Assembly: GCF_009914755.1 (NCBI RefSeq)
Contig: NC_060931.1
Length of the DNA: 64,000 nt
Strand: one strand, 5' to 3'
DNA from: the human T2T-CHM13v2.0 reference genome, Homo sapiens
In this document: piece after piece, positions 57,093 through 64,000 of the stretch
Layout: every line of letters begins with the position of its first letter
Numbering within the stretch: position 1 is the first letter of the stretch
Program-made: the position numbers and the translations under genes
The notes under the pieces: generated by a model
Seen by the model: only the letters and a program-made list of their open reading frames with translations
Told to the model about the DNA's origin: nothing
Database searches by the model: none

Positions 57093-57664
57093 TATTTCCA
57101 CCTTCTTATTAACTGATTTTTATTCGCTTCATTTTTTATGCCTTTTCTTCTTTCCCTAAATTTCCCTTCTTCTTCCTCACTCCCAGCAGACAACTTTGCA
57201 TCTTATTTCACAGAGATAAAAGAAGCAATTAGAAGATAACTTCCACATGCCCCCCACAACATCTAGCTACTTCACTGCATGAGGGACCCATCTATAACCC
57301 TTTCTTCTATTGAGGATAAACTGCTCATTCTCCTAGCCAAGGCCAGCTTCACCACTTATCCACTAAATACCATCTCTTCTTGCCTACCCAATGACCTTGC
57401 TCAAACAATTCTCTACTCTTTTAAATCATCAATCTTTCAATCTCTGCTGGATCATTCCCATAACCATACATATATAGGATTGTTTTTCCATTTTAAAATA
57501 ACTTTTTTTCTGGACTCTATCTTCTCCTTCAGCTACCACACCATTTCTCTTCTTCAGCTTACAAGAAAACTCTTAAGAAGAGTTGCCTATACTTGCTGTC
57601 TCCAGTTTCTGTTTTCCCATTCTCTGAACCAATTCCTGTCAGGTAAGTTACCAATAATCTTCCT

Positions 57665-57820
57665 TTCTTTTTGTTTTTTGTTTTTTTTTGAGATGGGGCC
57701 AAAGTGCAGTGCTGTAATCATAGCTCACTGCAGCCTCAAACTCTTGGACTCAGGTGATCCTCCCACCTCAGCCACCCAAAGTGCTGGGATTACAGGTATG
57801 AGCTACTGGGCCCCCTGGCC
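57665..57820 (-). mobile_element. FLAM / AluJ monomer
   Basis: Reverse Alu monomer ending ...ccccctggcc. Confidence 0.8.
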
Positions 57821-57869
57821 TGCACATTTTAAATCTTGTTCTCATTTTTCATTCTACTTGATCACTCAA

Positions 57870-57980
57870 AGTCCAAGCTACTCAGGAGGCTGAGGTGGGA
57901 GGTTCACTTGAGGCCAGCATTTCAAGTCTAGCCTGGGCAACATAGCAAGAACTTGTCTCTAAAAAAGGAAAAAATAAAAA
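57870..57980 (+). mobile_element. FLAM / Alu fragment
   Basis: 'gctactcaggaggctgaggtgggagg...gcctgggcaacatagcaaga' plus A-tail. Confidence 0.8.
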
Positions 57981-59203
57981 GTATTTGACACAGCTGATTA
58001 TTCCCCTTTCTTTGAAATATTTTTTTCACTTGGCTTCTAGGACACTCAATTGTCCTGCTTTTTCTCTTACCTCATTAGTGGCATCTTTTTAGTTTCCTTT
58101 ATCCTTACTCCTTCTCTCTCTCACTACCAAACAGTGGAATACTCCAAAACTCAATCCTTGGGGTTCTCCTCTTTTCTAACTACTCTTACACCATTGGTGA
58201 TTTCATGGTTTGTATATCTCATATGCCAATAACTCCAATTAATATCTCTAGACCAGACTTCTCCTCTGAACCCCAGACTCAAATATCCAACTCCTCACTT
58301 ATCATCTCTAACATAACATTCCCCAAACTGAATTCCTGATCTATTTCCCATCCTAATTTTGTTTGACACAATCTCTACCTTCTCAGTGAATGGCAACTCC
58401 AAGTCCTCCTGTTGATCAGGCCTAAAATCTTGCCATTATCTTTGACTCTTCTTTTCTCAGACCCCACAGTCAATCTACCATCAAGTTCTGTTGGTTTTAC
58501 TTTTAGAATACATTTGAGAATCCTACATTTCCCCTAACTCCACTCCTACCACCTTCATCTATTCCACTATCACCTTTCACGTGTATTATTACAACAGCTC
58601 CCTAACTAGTTTCCCTGCTTCCATCCTTGTCTCCCTTCAATCTATTTACTACACTGTAGCCAGAGTTAGTCTGTTAAAATATAAATCAAATCCTATCACA
58701 TCTGCTTAAAATCCTCCAAGGCTTCACATCTCATTCTGTTAAATTCCTTACTTAGCCTGCAACACCCTAAACAATCTCAGCCCAACTGCTTCCCCACATC
58801 CTACCTTCTGTCCAAGCTCTCTGACCTCATCTCCCACTAGTTGGTCTCATTCAGTCTTTTCTAGACAAGCTGGCTGTTCTGTGGACACAGCTCCTGTCTG
58901 GCCTCAGGGTCTTTCCACTTGATTTCACCCTTACTAGGACATTTCCCCCTAGCTGTCTACATGGCTCACCTACTTATCTCTCACTTCCCACTAAAATGTC
59001 ACCTTGAAGGCCATTCCTGTCCATATTCCTTATTTCTTTCCCTTTCTTAATTTTTCCTGTAGCATTTATCATCATCAAACATGCTTATATTTCTATTTGT
59101 ATAACTTATGTATTGTCTGTCTTTCTTCAATAGAACTTATGCCTCATCTTTGGCATCTTGGTACAAATTAGAAAATGATTCAGGCATGTGCGTGTTTGCT
59201 CGT

Positions 59204-59242
59204 ACACACACACACACACACACATACACATACACACATACA
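59204..59242 (+). repeat. (CA)n microsatellite
   Basis: Direct. Confidence 0.9.
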
Positions 59243-60805
59243 CGTTCATCCCACCCCATGCACAGGATTTGGTTAGCAGCTACATTTGTGTAAAGAAAAA
59301 GGCATGGGTGGGAGCAGAGTAAAAGACGAATTTTATCCACCTCCAGTGTCCCCCTCCCCATTCAACTCCTCAGCCAGGTGCCTTTGGGCAGAACATTATG
59401 CACATGATTGACAGCTCTAAGTAGAATGTAAGCTTCATGAAGACAGGGATATTTTTTGTCTTATTGCTTCTTGTGTCCCCAGTACCTTAGAAAGTGGCAC
59501 ACAAACACTCAATAAATATTTGAAACATAAATTAATAGTTTGAAAAAAAAACAAAGGGTAAAAGTTATTAGTTGTTATTTTAAAATAAAAAACTAAATGA
59601 CATAATCCTGGAAAAGAGGGCCTCAGAACATTGATGAAGTTCATAAAATGGGTAAAGTGACTGCTGTAAAATAACCCAGAAATTAAGATAATAAGGCCTA
59701 GCATACATACCAAATATTGGAAAGTATGGGAATTATTTTATTATGTAATTGTATAATAAAAATAAGAACAGGAGAATGTTGTTCTTGGCACTTTTAAGTC
59801 AATGACCTACTTTTTACTTCTTGCCTTGACTAAGATGCACTACAAATTTTAAAGTCCTTTGAATGGTACATTCTTTGGTGATTTACTTTTAGAGGGAAAT
59901 AGTTGATTGTTCAAAATCAATAAACAGGAAAAAATAAAAAGACTATGGAAAGTCTGTACACAGTAGCTGTCCCAGTGTCTCTTTTATTAAAGTTTTATTT
60001 CCTCTTTATTAAAATGTTTGCCCAATTCTCTTGCCCATTTATGGCAAGCATAAACTGTTGCTTCTCATCTGAATTTGTGTGAGCTATTTTGAAATATTTA
60101 AGACATTAATCTTTCATTCAGTTTACAGTAAATATTTTCACTCAGTTTATGTTTTGGAAAAAATATATAGAACTTTAAATTTTATTTAGTCAAATTTGTA
60201 AGTCTTTATCTTTGAGATTGCTGTCATCTATTCAAGCTTAAGTAGCCTACCAGCAATATGACAAACTTTCATTTCTGCTTTTCTGATTTTCTTTTCCATG
60301 TGACTTTGAAATTTTAAAATTTACATACCTAATAGAAATTAGTTTGGTGTATTGTATGAAACTGGTACTATAAAGCATTTTGTTACTTAAAAACACTGTG
60401 ATCAATTCTGGTAACATTTGTTTAGAAATAAACTCTAACCTCTTTTCAGAGATAGTTGGATTTAGAGTCATAAAATTCCAACATTTCAAAGGACATTTCC
60501 ATTTTACTTAAATTTGCTTTAAAAATAAGTTAACTATCTTAAATGTATTTTAAAAGATAATAAAACAGAGATTAAAATCAGCTCCTGCTTTAATATCTCC
60601 TCCATTACTAATCCTCTGATCTCTTTACAGTCATGAAGGTCAAACATTTATGTTTATAGAAACAGAAGTCCTATTTGTTTCTTAAAGCTGGTTTATTTTA
60701 TCAGGTATTAACAATGGGCATCAAAAAGGTGATGTAACAGTATGAAACCATGAAATAACGTCTTTGTGATTTTTTTTAAAGAATAAAGCAGTGCTTCTGT
60801 CTGGG

Positions 60806-60915
60806 GACTTGGGAGGCTGATGAGGGAGGATTGCTTAAGCTTGAGAGTTTGAAGCTGCAGCCAGGTGTGATCACACCACTGCACTCCAACCTGGGTGACA
60901 GAGTGAGATCCTGTC

Positions 60916-60920
<5 letters not shown>
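60806..60920 (+). mobile_element. AluJ right-arm fragment
   Basis: 'acttgggaggctga...ccactgcactccaacctgggtgacagagtgagatcctgtctc'; tail converted to (TA)n. Confidence 0.85.
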
Positions 60921-60962
<42 letters not shown>

Positions 60963-61740
60963 CACACACACACACATACACACACTATATATATACACAC
61001 TAAGTATACTAATACATTTATACTATATATAGTATATATACTGTATATAGTATATATAATATATAGTGTATATATTTTATATAAACTATATATAGTATAT
61101 ATACACTATACATACTATAGTATAGTATATTATATATAGTATATATATTATAGTATACTAGATATACTATATAGTATTCTCTATATATACTATATATAGA
61201 ATACTGTATATATTCTATATATATACTCTATATACTATATATTCTATACATACACTCTATATAGTATACTATATATACATATATTATATATAAAGAGTAT
61301 ATATATAGAACTTTGATCACAGAATTGATCACAGTGTTAAGTAACTATATATTTATACATTTATATTTATACTATATATTTATACATTTATATATACTAT
61401 ATATGGTATAAATATATTTATACTATATATACATTTATATTTATACTATATATAATATACTATTTATATTTATACTATATAGTATACTATATATAGTATA
61501 AAAATATAGCATAAATATAGTATATATAGTATAGTATACTATATACAGTATACTATAGTATAAATATAAATATAAATGTATAAATATACATGTATAAATA
61601 TGAATGTATAAATATATAGTATAAATATAATGTATAAATATAAATGTATACATGTATAGTATAAATAGAAATGTATAAATATATGGTATAATATAAATAT
61701 ATGTATATAATAATATAATATAAATATATGTCTATAATAA
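60921..61740. repeat. (TA)20, (CA)n and ~780-bp AT-rich low-complexity array
   Basis: Direct; almost entirely A/T. Confidence 0.95.
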
Positions 61741-61939
61741 TAAAGCAAAGAAGAAAATGGTGTGCTAAAAAAGTGTTTACAACTGTACCTTAAGTTTTTG
61801 AGCAGTTTATATAAGAGATACAGAATATATATTATTGATCAAACAAGGAAAATGAACATTTTTGGGTTCTTGTTTTGGTTATCTATCATTGCACAATAAA
61901 TTGCCCCCAAATTGACAGCTTAAAACAATAACTTATTAT

Positions 61940-62026
61940 TTTCACACTTCATTTTAAAGACAATTGTATTTCACAACTTTCATTTTAAAGACAATTATAT
62001 TTCGCAACTTTCATTTTAAAGACAAT
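61940..62026 (+). repeat. 31-bp tandem repeat, ~2.8 copies
   Basis: cattttaaagacaat at 61950, 61981 and 62012. Confidence 0.9.
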
Positions 62027-62385
62027 ATAACTAAGGCTCAAAATGGTTAAGCAAGTTGCTAAAGATTCAAATAAGTCATTGAAGACATTCTAACTCCTGA
62101 TCCACATTAATTTGCATGGCAACATACTGCCTTTTTCATTTATTAAGTAGTATTCCAACTATAACTAAATTATACTAGCAATTCAACTGAAATTGGGTAT
62201 GACTGATCCTTATTAATTTTTAGGACTTAAATGTGAGAGTTGTGAGGTAATGGAGAGTATAGAGCAGAGTAGGGAATTAAAAAAAAGCCCAAGTTAGTTC
62301 TAGACTAGTGTTTCCCAACTTTGAATAAAATATGACTCATTTTAAAGAAAGAAGAAGGGAAAAAAACCCATGACTACACTGTTGA

Positions 62386-64000
<1,615 letters not shown>

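Larger units (their letters stand above)
57170..59525 (+). mobile_element. L2 (long, degenerate)
   Basis: L2 motifs 'cacttggcttctaggacac', 'ccagacttctcctctgaaccccagactc', 'ctccctaactagtttccctgcttcc'; 3' end 'ctcaataaatatttg'. Confidence 0.75.

Overview
Human (hominid) genomic DNA containing the complete STEAP1 gene on the + strand (known locus 7q21.13). It has a CpG-island promoter with non-coding exon 1 ending at 16978, and four coding exons (22223-22306, 23239-23751, 24348-24512, 26911-27168) that splice at GT-AG junctions into a 339-aa protein with heme-ligand His175 and His268. AATAAA lies at 27241. The rest is repeat-rich: about 16 Alu/FLAM copies, old and young L1s, L2/MIR, MaLR and ERV1 solo LTRs, DNA transposons (Tigger3, MER1B, MER5A, MER58, MADE1), a 5'-truncated SVA about 1.3 kb upstream of the promoter, and a decayed ERV1 provirus with an Arg primer-binding site (50401-56565, minus strand). 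I found no new protein-coding system; almost all ORF-track entries are repeat-derived or chance. The most unusual items are: (1) the provirus has a pol block (RT thumb/RNase H/integrase N-terminus) sitting inside gag, upstream of protease; (2) several short, locally templated insertions or duplications that look like DNA-repair scars; (3) an internal L1PA fragment bounded by ATGGAT on both sides with no poly(A); (4) candidate STEAP1 regulatory elements (near-perfect androgen response element, MARE/antioxidant element, CTCF, an Alu-assisted intronic poly(A) site giving a 258-aa form, an orphan L1 promoter). Repeat subfamily names come from recalled consensus sequences and need RepeatMasker/Dfam confirmation.
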